Shown here: positions 1-9,455 of the stretch, one piece after another
How positions within the stretch are numbered: the stretch's first letter is position 1
Layout of the letters: each line of letters begins with the position of its first letter
Assembly: GCA_963598325.1 (NCBI GenBank)
Contig: CAVBST010000005.1
Coordinates: 10,121 to 74,120 of the forward strand
DNA: 64,000 nt
Direction of reading: 5' to 3'
Origin: an uncultured Prevotella sp.
Lineage (GTDB): Bacteria; Actinomycetota; Coriobacteriia; Coriobacteriales; Eggerthellaceae
Position numbers and translations under genes: made by a program
The notes under the pieces: generated by a model
Told to the model about the DNA's origin: nothing
The model's input: only the letters and a program-made list of their open reading frames with translations
Database searches by the model: none

Positions 1-238
1 ACTGGTCAACAGCGGAAAGCTGCGAGGAAAGGGACACCACTTCGTCGTCCTTCACTGCCTTGGCGAAAGATTCCATGTTGGTGTTCAGGGTTTCCATGAT
101 GGTGTTCACGGAAGACATGTACTGGCGGTTCTTGGTTTGCTCATCGGCCTGACCATTGTCGGAAACGCAACCGGCTAGAACGCCCATGCACACAACGCAA
201 AGCGCTGTTATCACGAGAAAACGTAGTTTCGCTTTCAT
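1..238 (-). CDS. Putative lipoprotein, N-terminal part only (C-terminus lies beyond the window start)
   Basis: ATG at 238 on the minus strand. Translation MKAKLRFLVITALCVVCMGVLAGCVSDN... is a signal peptide with lipobox LAGC. The frame stays open to position 1. Confidence 0.6.
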   Translation of the reverse strand, partial: MKAKLRFLVITALCVVCMGVLAGCVSDNGQADEQTKNRQYMSSVNTIMETLNTNMESFAKAVKDDEVVSLSSQLSAVDQ

Positions 239-324
239 AAGATCCTTCCCATTAAAGGAACGGCAGCGCCGGGTTGCGCTGCGCACCTTTCATTGAAAAC
301 GATATCGCCTGCCTGCGCAGCTGT

Positions 325-351
325 ATGGATTCTTCTTCCCGAAGAATCCAT
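325..351 (-). terminator. Perfect 11-bp stem hairpin downstream of the PBP gene (no U-tract)
   Basis: ATGGATTCTTC-ttccc-GAAGAATCCAT lies between the PBP stop (382) and the lipoprotein start (238). It could be an I-shaped terminator, but no T-run follows it. Confidence 0.3.
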
Positions 352-381
352 AGCCGCACTGGCAAAACGGCTGAGCAAAGG

Positions 382-2631
382 CTATGCCGCCTGGCCGCTT
401 CGCTGGCCGGAAGATCCGCCGGAGTTGCCCCCGCCAGAGCTTCCGCCGCCGCTACTGGACCCGCCGGAGCCGCCGCCGCTAGAGCCGCCGGAATCACCGC
501 CCGATCCGCTGCCGCCAGAACCGCCTCCGCCGCTAGAGCTGCCGCCGGAATCGCTAGAGCTTCCGCCGCTGCTAGAGCCGCCGGAGCTTCCGCCGCTGCC
601 TGAGCTGCTAGAAGAACTCGACGAGCTAGAAGACTTATCCGTCGTAGACGTGGTGGTGGATTCGGTGGTAGTAGCCGAAGCGGTGCTGGAGTCTACCGAG
701 TCGCCCTCGTGCTCGGGCGAGTAGCCGGTAGAGCCGCTGCCGCTGCCGAAGTCGGTGATGGTGTAGGTAAGCTTCTTTTCAGAAGTGGGGAACTGAACGA
801 TGCTCTTGCCTTTCAGCACCGTGCTCATGAACGAGCCGAACACTCCGTCGCAGGCAACGGAGGAAGGCATCTGAACCTCGTCGCGGCCACCGATCCAGAT
901 GGCGGTGGAAAGCTGCGGGGTTATGCCGCAGAACCACTTGTCGCGCCAGTTCTCGGACGTACCGGTTTTGCCAGCAACTGGCTGGCCGTTGTCGATGGAG
1001 GCGCCGCGGCCGGTGCCGCTGGTTACAACGCCCTTCATAACATCGGTGGCAGCCTGGGTCAGCGCCGTGTCGAGCACCTTTTCGCCGGTGGTGTTGGCCT
1101 GGTAGATAACGTTGCCGTTGGAATCCTTGATGGACTCAATGCAGATTGCCTCGTGCTTGGTGCCGCCGTTGGCGATGGTGGCATAGGCCTGCGCCATCTC
1201 GCGCACGGTAACCTCTTCGGAGCCAAGGGTGATGGAAGGATAGGCGTCCAGCGAGGTTTCGATGCCGCACTTCTTGGCCATTTCGACCACCTTGTCGGCG
1301 CCGATCTTGGTGCACAGCTGGGCAAAGCCGGTGTTGGAGGAAACGGCGAAGGCGCTGGCGATGGAGCGGGTGCCGTAATTGGTGCCGCCGTAGTTTTCAA
1401 CCTTCCAGCCGTCCAAGGTAACGCTGGAAGTGCAATTCAGGTTGGTTTCGGGCGAAACGCCGGCGTTCAATGCGGCAAGCAGGGTGAAGGTCTTGAACGA
1501 AGAGCCGGGCTGGCGCTTTGCCTGCGTTGCCAGGTTGTACTCGTTGCTGTCGTAATCACGGCCGCCGATGAGCGCCTTGATGTAGCCGGTGTTCGGATCC
1601 ACCGAAACCATGGCCAGCTCAAGGTTGCTGGAAAGCGTTTTCAGCTTGGCGTTGGCGGCCTTTTCGGCGGCATCCTGGATTTCCGGATCGAGCGTGGTGG
1701 TAACCACCATACCGCCCTTGAACACCTCGTCGGTGGAATAGTTCTGCAGCAGCTGCTGGCGCACGTAGCTGGTGAAGTACTTGTACTTGTACATGCCGTC
1801 GCCCGAGCTTACCGCAGAAACGTTCAGGTTAAGCTCTTCCGCCTGGGCGGCATCGTGCTGTTCCTGGGTGATAACGCCGTTGGAAAGCATGCGATCGAGC
1901 ACCAGGTTGCGGCGCTGCTTGCAGTTGTTGGGGTTGTCGATGGGGTTGTTGTAGGTAGGGCTCTGCGGGATGCCGATAAGCGTGGCGGCCTGAGCCAGAG
2001 TAAGGTCCTTGGCGTCCACGGAATAGTAGCGCTGGGCCGCAGCCTGGATGCCGTAGGCGCCTTGGCCGTAGTTGATGGTGTTCAGGTACATCTGCAGGAT
2101 GTCCTGCTTGGAGTAGATTTCCTCCAGCTTGATGGCAATGTACGCCTCGCGCACCTTGCGCTTCAGGGTGGATTCCTGCGCTTCATCAGCCAAGATGGTG
2201 TTGCGCACGAACTGCTGCGTGATGGTGGAAGCGCCTTCACGGCCGGTGTGCGTCACGTTCACCCACACCGCACGGGCAATGCCCATAAGGTCGATGCCGC
2301 TGTGCTGGTAGAAGCGCTCATCTTCCGTGGCAACGGTGCCCTTGGTAACGTAGTCGCCCATCTCGCTGAGCTCGATGGGGTCGCGATTCTCTAGGAAGAA
2401 CTCCGCCAAAAGCGTGGTGCCGTCGTTGGCGTACACCTTGGTTTTCTCGGCGTAGTTGTATGCAGAAGCATCGGTGTAATCTGGCAGGTCCTGCAGCCAT
2501 ACCGAGCACATTGCCACAGCGGCAATGCAGCACGCAACGAGCGCAGCACCTAAAACAGCAAGCAGAACGCCGGGCTTGAAGCCGGACTTACCAGGCCGGG
2601 CGTGCCTGCTCCTTCTACGACGTGTAGCCAT
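382..2631 (-). CDS. Class A penicillin-binding protein (transglycosylase/transpeptidase, PBP1A type) with a C-terminal Ser/Gly-rich tail
   Basis: N-terminal TM anchor. GT51 motifs (EDERFYQHSGID, RKVREA). Transpeptidase motifs SSFK, SSN and KTGT. About 125 aa of low-complexity S/G/T tail. Confidence 0.92.
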   Translation of the reverse strand: MATRRRRSRHARPGKSGFKPGVLLAVLGAALVACCIAAVAMCSVWLQDLPDYTDASAYNYAEKTKVYANDGTTLLAEFFLENRDPIELSEMGDYVTKGTVATEDERFYQHSGIDLMGIARAVWVNVTHTGREGASTITQQFVRNTILADEAQESTLKRKVREAYIAIKLEEIYSKQDILQMYLNTINYGQGAYGIQAAAQRYYSVDAKDLTLAQAATLIGIPQSPTYNNPIDNPNNCKQRRNLVLDRMLSNGVITQEQHDAAQAEELNLNVSAVSSGDGMYKYKYFTSYVRQQLLQNYSTDEVFKGGMVVTTTLDPEIQDAAEKAANAKLKTLSSNLELAMVSVDPNTGYIKALIGGRDYDSNEYNLATQAKRQPGSSFKTFTLLAALNAGVSPETNLNCTSSVTLDGWKVENYGGTNYGTRSIASAFAVSSNTGFAQLCTKIGADKVVEMAKKCGIETSLDAYPSITLGSEEVTVREMAQAYATIANGGTKHEAICIESIKDSNGNVIYQANTTGEKVLDTALTQAATDVMKGVVTSGTGRGASIDNGQPVAGKTGTSENWRDKWFCGITPQLSTAIWIGGRDEVQMPSSVACDGVFGSFMSTVLKGKSIVQFPTSEKKLTYTITDFGSGSGSTGYSPEHEGDSVDSSTASATTTESTTTSTTDKSSSSSSSSSSSGSGGSSGGSSSGGSSSDSGGSSSGGGGSGGSGSGGDSGGSSGGGSGGSSSGGGSSGGGNSGGSSGQRSGQAA

Positions 2632-2697
2632 TCAACCTCCCAAATACAGTTCCCGTCATTTTATCATGATGGGAACTGCGCCTAGGAAAGCGCATAA

Positions 2698-4086
2698 CTA
2701 CGCCAGCTTCTTGTCCTCTTCAAGCTTCTTGGCGCCCAGCTCTATCTGCTCGGCAACAACCGCGTTGCCGGTGCCGCCGAACGTGGTGCGGGCAGCCACG
2801 ATGGATTCCAGGTCGAGCGCTTCGGTGATGTCGGCCTCGAACAGGTCGGATGCCTGCTTGAAGTCTTCCAGGGAAAGGTCGTCCAGGTCGCAGCCGCGCT
2901 TGTCGCACAGAAGCACCAAGTGGCCCACGATCTCGTGCGCCTTGCGGAAGGGCAAGCCCTTCTTCGCCAGGTAGTCGGCCACGTCGGTGGCAGCCAGGTA
3001 GCCCTTCTTCGACTGGGCGCGCATAGCGTCGGCGTTCACCTTCATGGTGGAGATCATGCCCTCCATGCACACCAGGCAGTCGTGCAGCGTCTTGCAGGCG
3101 TCCATAACGCCTTCCTTGTCTTCCTGAAGGTCCTTGTTGTAGGCAAGGGGAAGGCTCTTCATGGTGGTGAGCAGCGCCATCAGGTCGCCCACCACGCGGC
3201 CCGACTTGCCGCGGATAAGCTCGGCGAAGTCGGGGTTCTTCTTCTGCGGCATGATGGAGGAACCGGTGGAGTACTCATCGGCCAAGGTGATGAAGCCGAA
3301 TTCCGAGGTGGACCACAGGATTATCTCCTCGGACAGGCGGGAAAGATGGATCATGGCCACCGAGCAGGCGTAATCCAGGTCAAGCAGGAAGTCGCGGTCG
3401 GAAACGGCATCGAGCGAATTGGGGATCATGTGGTCGAAGCCCAGCTCGTCGGTGGTTTTCTGGCGGTCGAGCGGGTAGGTGGTGCCGGCAAGCGCCGCGG
3501 AACCCAAGGGGTTGGCGTTGGCGGCATCGAAGGCCTGCTTCACGCGGCCGAAGTCGCGCGTGAACATCCAGAAGTAGGCCATGAAGTGGTGCGACAGCAG
3601 CACGGGCTGCGCATGCTGCATGTGGGTGTAGCCGGGAAGGATGGTGCCCATGTTGTCCTGCGCGGCCTTGATAAGGGTTGCGCGCAGGGCGTTCAGGTCG
3701 GCCATCAGGCCGCTGGCCAGCTCTTTTGCGTACAGGCGCGTGTCGGTGATCACCTGGTCGTTGCGGCTGCGGCCGGTATGCAGGCGCGCGCCGGCATCGC
3801 CGATGTTCTGGGTAAGCACCTTTTCGATGGACATATGGATGTCCTCGTCGTTGATATCGAAGGTGAAGTTGCCCTCTTCGATGGTCTTCTCGATCTGAGC
3901 CAGGCCGTCGACGATCTCCTGGGCGTCTTCATCGGAGATAACGCCCTGGGCAGCCAGCATGCGCGCATGGGCGCGGGAGCCCGCGATGTCCTCGTGGTAC
4001 ATCGCCTTGTCTACGGGAAGCGATGCGCCGAATTCCTGCGTGAACTCGCTTACGCCCTTTTCGAAACGTCCAGACCACAAAGCCAT
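2698..4086 (-). CDS. argH: Argininosuccinate lyase
   Basis: Full-length match to the ArgH family (MALWSGRFEKG..., fumarate-lyase signature GSSIMPQKKNP). Confidence 0.95.
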   Translation of the reverse strand: MALWSGRFEKGVSEFTQEFGASLPVDKAMYHEDIAGSRAHARMLAAQGVISDEDAQEIVDGLAQIEKTIEEGNFTFDINDEDIHMSIEKVLTQNIGDAGARLHTGRSRNDQVITDTRLYAKELASGLMADLNALRATLIKAAQDNMGTILPGYTHMQHAQPVLLSHHFMAYFWMFTRDFGRVKQAFDAANANPLGSAALAGTTYPLDRQKTTDELGFDHMIPNSLDAVSDRDFLLDLDYACSVAMIHLSRLSEEIILWSTSEFGFITLADEYSTGSSIMPQKKNPDFAELIRGKSGRVVGDLMALLTTMKSLPLAYNKDLQEDKEGVMDACKTLHDCLVCMEGMISTMKVNADAMRAQSKKGYLAATDVADYLAKKGLPFRKAHEIVGHLVLLCDKRGCDLDDLSLEDFKQASDLFEADITEALDLESIVAARTTFGGTGNAVVAEQIELGAKKLEEDKKLA

Positions 4087-4240
4087 TGGGAAACTCCTAT
4101 CTCATGCCAAGGCGCAACGCCCCAGCTTTTTTTCTGAAGAACAGTTTCCCATCATAACAAAACAGGACCCTCCCCTCGTAGCGAAGGAAGAGCCCTGCGA
4201 AGCAACCCGAGCGGGTAGCGCATTGCCGGACGAAAATCAG

Positions 4241-4472
4241 AAGTCCGGGCATGCGCCAGTAAACAAAGCTGCATTTCGTTTTCCAAAAGTCCGGGCATGC
4301 GCCAGTAAATCAGCGAGGCCCAAAGCTAAACCCGCATCATTGGACGAAACAGCGAGAGAATCCCTGGCGAGTGCGGGCGTGGGGAAAGCAGGCGCCAGGC
4401 GTGCTTCGCACGTCAAGCCTGCTTGGAGCCGCGCCCGCGCCGCCAGGGATTCCCGCAGCGTCATTGCGTCTC
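4241..4472. repeat. Structured intergenic repeat, family B
   Basis: 23-bp direct repeat AAGTCCGGGCATGCGCCAGTAAA at 4241-4263 and 4287-4309. Segment 4283-4472 is related to 56072-56226, sharing the head CCAAAA..GGGCATGCGCCAGTAAA.CAGCGAG.CCC and the tail GCAGCGTC.TTGCGTCTC. Confidence 0.7.
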
Positions 4473-4513
4473 ACGCGAACATTCGCTGTTCGTAGAACAG
4501 CGAAATGATAGAT

Positions 4514-5737
4514 TTATTCGCCGTCCGTCACGCCCTGTTCACGACGGTTCGTAGCCCAAACCTTGGTGGAAAGACCGTAGAGGTCGATGAAGCCCTTGGC
4601 GGCCTTGTGGTTGAAGGTGTCGGCGGCATCGTAGGTAGCCAGGCCGTAATCGTACAGGCTGAAGTCGGACTTACGACCGGTTACGGTGCAGTTGCCCTTG
4701 TAGAACTTCAGGCGCACGGTGCCGGTAACACACTGCTGGGTGGTGGCCATGAAGGCATCCACCGCATGCTTCAGCGGGCTGAACCACTGGCCGTTGTACA
4801 CCATGGTTGCCCAGTCGTGCTCCAGGTGCAGCTTGTAGCGCAGAACCTCGCGCTCCAGGCACATGTCCTCAAGGCCGCGGTGGGCAACGATGAGGGCCAG
4901 GGCGCCCGGTGCCTCGTAGCATTCGCGGCTCTTAACGCCGATCATGCGGTTCTCGATCATGTCGATGCGGCCGAAGCCGTTGTCGCCGGCGATCTGGTTC
5001 ATCTTGGCGATGATGTCCAGGTAGCTCATCTGCTGGCCGTCGATGGCAACAGGCAGGCCGCCCTTGAACTCGATCTCAACCTCGGTGGGCTGGTCGGGAG
5101 CCTTCTCGGGGTCGGTGGTCATGGTGTAGATGTCCAGCGGCGGGCGGTTCATCGGGTCTTCCAGAACACCGCACTCGATGGCGCGGCCCCACAGGTTGTC
5201 GTCGATGGAGTAGGGCTTGGACTTGGTGGTGGGAACGGTTACACCGTGAGCCTCCGCCCAGTCCATTTCCTCCTGGCGGGTGTGCATATCCCACTCGCGA
5301 ACAGGGGCGATGATCTCCAGCGAAGGGTCCAGCGCTTGGATGGAGGTCTCGAAGCGAACCTGGTCGTTGCCCTTGCCGGTGCAGCCATGGGCCACGTACT
5401 TGGCGCCGAACTTATGGGCGGTGTCTACCAGGTACTTGGAGATCAGCGGGCGGGAAAGGGCGGATACCAGCGGGTACTTGTTCTCGAAGTGGGCGTTGGC
5501 GAACAGGGCCTTGGACAGGTAGTCGGCGGCGAAGTCCTCGCGCATGTCGGCGATGATGCAGTCCATCGCGCCCGTAGCCAGTGCACGCTCCTTAACCTGC
5601 TCCAGGCCTTCGTGCTCCTGACCTACCTCGCCCACAACGGCGATAACGTCGAGGTTCTTCTCGTCCTGAAGCCACTTGATGCAGACGCTGGTGTCCAGGC
5701 CGCCCGAGTAGGCGAGTACGCATTTATCCTTTGCCAT
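4514..5737 (-). CDS. argG: Argininosuccinate synthase
   Basis: MAKDKCVLAYSGGLDTSV... is the typical ArgG N-terminus. The track ORF is over-extended by 76 codons, so the start is reset to the ATG at 5737. Confidence 0.94.
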   Translation of the reverse strand: MAKDKCVLAYSGGLDTSVCIKWLQDEKNLDVIAVVGEVGQEHEGLEQVKERALATGAMDCIIADMREDFAADYLSKALFANAHFENKYPLVSALSRPLISKYLVDTAHKFGAKYVAHGCTGKGNDQVRFETSIQALDPSLEIIAPVREWDMHTRQEEMDWAEAHGVTVPTTKSKPYSIDDNLWGRAIECGVLEDPMNRPPLDIYTMTTDPEKAPDQPTEVEIEFKGGLPVAIDGQQMSYLDIIAKMNQIAGDNGFGRIDMIENRMIGVKSRECYEAPGALALIVAHRGLEDMCLEREVLRYKLHLEHDWATMVYNGQWFSPLKHAVDAFMATTQQCVTGTVRLKFYKGNCTVTGRKSDFSLYDYGLATYDAADTFNHKAAKGFIDLYGLSTKVWATNRREQGVTDGE

Positions 5738-5825
5738 CTTCTTACCTTTCTTTTGGCATTGTTCCTCTGTTGAGCGCCCGCTTAGGGGCGAAAAGCGCGG
5801 GGAGGAAGCGCCTCCCCGACAGTTG

Positions 5826-7142
5826 TTATTCCTCGGTTGCCCCAGCGGCGCTGGCTTCGGCAAGCTCTTCGGCGCGAGCCGTTTCCTCGGAGCCTTCGGC
5901 GCCTTCGGGCTCGTCGGCAGCGCGGCCGGCCTCAAGCAGCTCGGGCAGCGCCTTGATGAGCGCATCGATCTCCGTTTCGGTGACGATGAGCGGCGGCAGG
6001 AAGCGCAGGGTGCCCTTGCTGGTGGCGTTCAGCAGGAATCCTGCCTTCAGGCCAGCGGCCACCACCTTGTTGGCATCGATGCCCTCTGCCACGTCGGCGC
6101 CGATCATCAGGCCAAGGCCGCGCACCTCGGTGATGTCGTCGAGGTTCTGCAGCTTCTCGGCGAAGTAATCGCCCATCTCGGTCACGCGATCGTCGTAGTG
6201 GCCGCGGGTGAGCGTTGCCAGGGTGGCGTGCGCCGCCGCCATAGCAAGGTTGCTGCCGCCGAAGGTGGAGCCATGGTCGCCGGGCTCGAAGGCTTCGGCC
6301 ACCTCGATGCGAGCCGCGCAGGCGCCCATCGGGAAGCCCGAGGCAATGCCCTTGGCCATGGTGATGATGTCGGGCGTGATGCCCATGTTCTGGAAGGCGA
6401 ACGGATACTCGCCGCAGCGGAAGATGCCGCTCTGCACTTCGTCCACGATAAGCAGAAGGCCGTTCTTGCGGCAGAACTGCGCCACCTCATACAGGGTGTC
6501 GGCGTCCCACGGGTACACGCCGGCTTCGCCCTGGACGGGCTCGATCATGACAGCGCACACATCGGCAAGGTTGTTGTATACCGCCTGATGAAGGGCGTTC
6601 AGGTCGTTCATGGGAACGTGCATGAAGCCGCCGGGCAGGGGCTGGAAGACTTCCTGCTTGGCGGGCTGGGCCGTGGCGGCAAGCGTTGCCAGCGTGCGGC
6701 CGTGGAAGCTGCGGTCCATGGTGATGATGGTCTGACCGCCGTTGCCCATCTTCTTGGAGTACAGGCGGGCCAGCTTGATGGCGCACTCGTTGGCCTCTGC
6801 GCCGGAATTGGCGAAGAACACCGGCCACGGGGCGCGGAAGAACTTCGGCACGCACACGTTCAGCATGTCGGAGATGAGCTTGGCAACCTCACCGCGGTTC
6901 TCGATGTAATAGTAGTTGCTTACATGGATAAGGCGGGCGGCCTGCTCCTGGATGGCGCTGACCACTGCGGGGTGGCAATGGCCCAGGCTGTCTACGCCGA
7001 TACCGGAAAGGAAGTCGAGGTAGGCGTTGCCCTCGTCGTCTTTGACTTCCATTCCCTGGCCCTCAACCAACATAACCGGTTTGCGGGCAAAGGTGTGCAT
7101 GACGTAGTGCTCGTCAAGCTTCTTTGCTTCTTCAAAACCCAT
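5826..7142 (-). CDS. argD: Acetylornithine aminotransferase (class III PLP aminotransferase) with an acidic C-terminal extension
   Basis: ArgD-like sequence throughout (LIVDEVQSG, TFGG), and the gene sits within the arg cluster. Confidence 0.9.
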   Translation of the reverse strand: MGFEEAKKLDEHYVMHTFARKPVMLVEGQGMEVKDDEGNAYLDFLSGIGVDSLGHCHPAVVSAIQEQAARLIHVSNYYYIENRGEVAKLISDMLNVCVPKFFRAPWPVFFANSGAEANECAIKLARLYSKKMGNGGQTIITMDRSFHGRTLATLAATAQPAKQEVFQPLPGGFMHVPMNDLNALHQAVYNNLADVCAVMIEPVQGEAGVYPWDADTLYEVAQFCRKNGLLLIVDEVQSGIFRCGEYPFAFQNMGITPDIITMAKGIASGFPMGACAARIEVAEAFEPGDHGSTFGGSNLAMAAAHATLATLTRGHYDDRVTEMGDYFAEKLQNLDDITEVRGLGLMIGADVAEGIDANKVVAAGLKAGFLLNATSKGTLRFLPPLIVTETEIDALIKALPELLEAGRAADEPEGAEGSEETARAEELAEASAAGATEE

Positions 7143-7244
7143 GGTGTTCCTTTCGTATTAAGACAGGCTCCGCGGTGATACCCGCGAAACCTATCCGTTG
7201 ATTCTAACTATTTTGCGGTGAGCATGCACCCGGCGTGCGCGTTT

Positions 7245-8189
7245 CTACAGGTTCTCGCTCAAACGGGAGGCAAGGATGCCCAGCGGGCGCATCTCGTCCT
7301 TGGAGAACTCAGCATCGTCGTCGTAGATCAGGGTGCCGGCACCGCTCGAGGTGAGCAGCTCCACCAGGATGGAATGGGGCTTGGTGCCGTTGACGATATG
7401 GGCACGCGGAACGCCGCCCTCGATGGCCTCGATGCACGACTGCAGCTTCGGGATCATACCGCTGGAAACCTTGCCTTCGGCCAGCATCCGCTTGGTTTCG
7501 CTTACCGTCATCTGCGAGATGAGCGACCCCTTGTCCGAGAAGTCCTCGTAGTAGCCGTCCACGTCGGTGAGGAAGATGATCTTGTGCGCGCCGATGGCGG
7601 AGGCAACCGCGCAGGCCGCCACATCGGCGTTGATGTTGAAGGAGCCGTCATCGGTGCCCTTGCCCACCGAGGCGATGATGGGCACGTAGTCGGCAGCGAT
7701 GAGCGCGTTGATGTACGAGGGGTTAACCTCCACCACCTTGCCCACGCGGCCCAAGTCGGGGCTGGCCTGCTCGGCGATGATGGTGCCGGCATCGGTGCCG
7801 TTCACGCCCACGGCCAGGTTGCCGTGCTCGTTCATGGCAAGCACCAGCTCTTCGTTCACCTTGCCCACCAGCGTCATCTTCACCACGTCCATGGCTTCGT
7901 CGGTGGTAACCCGCTGGCCGTTCTTGAACTCAACGTCGATGCCGAACTTTTCCATGTTCTCGGTGATGGCAGCGCCGCCGCCGTGCACGATGACGGGATT
8001 CACGCCCATGATCTTCAGCATGACGATGTCGCTCATCACGGCGTTGCGCAGCTTCGGGTCTACCATGGCGGCGCCGCCGTACTTGATAAGGATGGTTTTG
8101 CCGGTGGCGTTCTTGATCCAGGGGAACGCCTCGATCAGCACCTCTGCGGTGTGGGTAGAGGTTATTTTGCGGTCTCTTGCGTATTTCAT
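7245..8189 (-). CDS. argB: Acetylglutamate kinase
   Basis: AAK family (IKYGGAAM, VIVHGGG). Start set to the ATG at 8189, which overlaps the argJ stop as ATGA. Confidence 0.92.
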   Translation of the reverse strand: MKYARDRKITSTHTAEVLIEAFPWIKNATGKTILIKYGGAAMVDPKLRNAVMSDIVMLKIMGVNPVIVHGGGAAITENMEKFGIDVEFKNGQRVTTDEAMDVVKMTLVGKVNEELVLAMNEHGNLAVGVNGTDAGTIIAEQASPDLGRVGKVVEVNPSYINALIAADYVPIIASVGKGTDDGSFNINADVAACAVASAIGAHKIIFLTDVDGYYEDFSDKGSLISQMTVSETKRMLAEGKVSSGMIPKLQSCIEAIEGGVPRAHIVNGTKPHSILVELLTSSGAGTLIYDDDAEFSKDEMRPLGILASRLSENL

Positions 8190-9442
8190 GAGCGGTAATC
8201 TCCATTGATCGAAACGTATTCGTGTGAAAAGTCGCAGGTCCACATCGTGGTTGCGCAAGTGCCGGCGCCCAAGTTGGCATCGATGACGATCTCGGGCTGC
8301 TCGAAGCGGCGAAGCGCCTCATCCTCGTCGAAGGGAACGGGCAGGCCGGCTCGCAGCACCGGCATCCCCATGATGTCGATGTCCACGTTTTCCTGCTGGA
8401 AAGCAGCGCCGGAGCGGCCCAAGGCGCCGGCGATGCGGCCCCAGTTGGCATCGTGGCCGGTGATGGCGGTTTTCACCAGAGGCGAGTTCGCCACCGTGCG
8501 CGCCGCGGCATCGGCATCGGCATCGGTTGCAGCGCCGCTCACGTTCACGGTTACCAGGCGCGTGGCGCCCTCGCCGTCTTCGGCCATGGCGCGGGCAAGC
8601 GTGCGCGTCACCTGGTTCAACGCCGCGCAGAACTCCTGGTAGGCAACCGAGCCTTCGGCCATGAACGGGGCTCCTGCCGGCGCGGCCTTGCCGGAAGCGA
8701 ACAGCACGCAGGTGTCGTTGGTGGAGGTATCGCCGTCCACCGTTACCTTGTTGAAGCTCTGGTTCGCCGCAGCGGTAAGCGCCTTGTGCAGAAGCGGTGC
8801 GGGAACCGGCGCATCGGCTGTGAGCACCGAGATCATGGTTGCCATGTTCGGCATGATCATGCCCGAGCCCTTCGCCATGCCGCCAACCGTGAACGTGCAA
8901 CCCGCGTAGTCGGGGTCGGCGGAAACGTAGGTTACCGCGGCTTCCTTCGGGTGCGTGTCGGTGGTCATGATGGCCTGGGCGGCGCTGGCACCGGTGGTTT
9001 CGCCGAGCTTCGCATGCAGCGCGGGCACCCCGGTGGTAAACGGCGCCGTATCCAGGTTCTGCCCGATAACGCCGGTGGAAGCCACCAGCACGTCTTCGGG
9101 CACGCAGCCCACCACGTCGGCGACGATGCCGGCAGTGCGGCGCGCGGCTTCCAGGCCCACCGACCCGGTTGCGGCGTTGGCGATGCCGGAATTGATTACC
9201 ATGGCACGCGCAAAGCCGTAGCCCACGCCGTCCAAGTGCTCGCGGCAAACGGTGACGGGCGCTGCACAGAAAACATTCTGCGTGAACACGCCGGCAACAG
9301 GGCAAAGCTCGTCGGCCTCGACCAGCGCCATGTCAAGGCGATTGGGGTCGGCGCGGAAACCGGCATGCATGCCGCCGGCGCGGAAACCCAAGGCGGACGT
9401 GACGCCGCCGTTTTCAACGGTGGTCAGGTTCGCTGTATTCAT
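8186..9442 (-). CDS. argJ: Bifunctional ornithine acetyltransferase / N-acetylglutamate synthase
   Basis: ArgJ family, including the autoprocessing region (PNMATMISVLTADA). Start set to the ATG at 9442 after an AGGAG RBS. Confidence 0.92.
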   Translation of the reverse strand: MNTANLTTVENGGVTSALGFRAGGMHAGFRADPNRLDMALVEADELCPVAGVFTQNVFCAAPVTVCREHLDGVGYGFARAMVINSGIANAATGSVGLEAARRTAGIVADVVGCVPEDVLVASTGVIGQNLDTAPFTTGVPALHAKLGETTGASAAQAIMTTDTHPKEAAVTYVSADPDYAGCTFTVGGMAKGSGMIMPNMATMISVLTADAPVPAPLLHKALTAAANQSFNKVTVDGDTSTNDTCVLFASGKAAPAGAPFMAEGSVAYQEFCAALNQVTRTLARAMAEDGEGATRLVTVNVSGAATDADADAAARTVANSPLVKTAITGHDANWGRIAGALGRSGAAFQQENVDIDIMGMPVLRAGLPVPFDEDEALRRFEQPEIVIDANLGAGTCATTMWTCDFSHEYVSINGDYRS

Positions 9443-9455
9443 ATTTGATCTACTC

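Noticed and set aside
293-724. A Pro/Glu/Leu-rich repeat ORF (PPELPPPELPPP...) on the plus strand.
   Set aside because: It is the mirror image of the Ser/Gly-rich tail of the PBP on the minus strand. It has no start context.
709-2394. Long plus-strand ORF (561 aa). Similar antisense ORFs occur at 2920-4137, 4505-5773, 5823-7178, 16845-19049, 37359-39665, 48294-50903 and 50900-52351, among others.
   Set aside because: Each lies antisense to a gene with strong family signatures. The translations are Gly/Ala/Arg/His/Val-rich with no motifs and no RBS. This is the expected open-frame artefact of high-GC DNA.
4241-4309. The possibility that the 23-bp direct repeats are a CRISPR array.
   Set aside because: There are only two copies with a 23-bp spacer, no cas genes, and the same head sequence recurs as part of a dispersed element at 56072.
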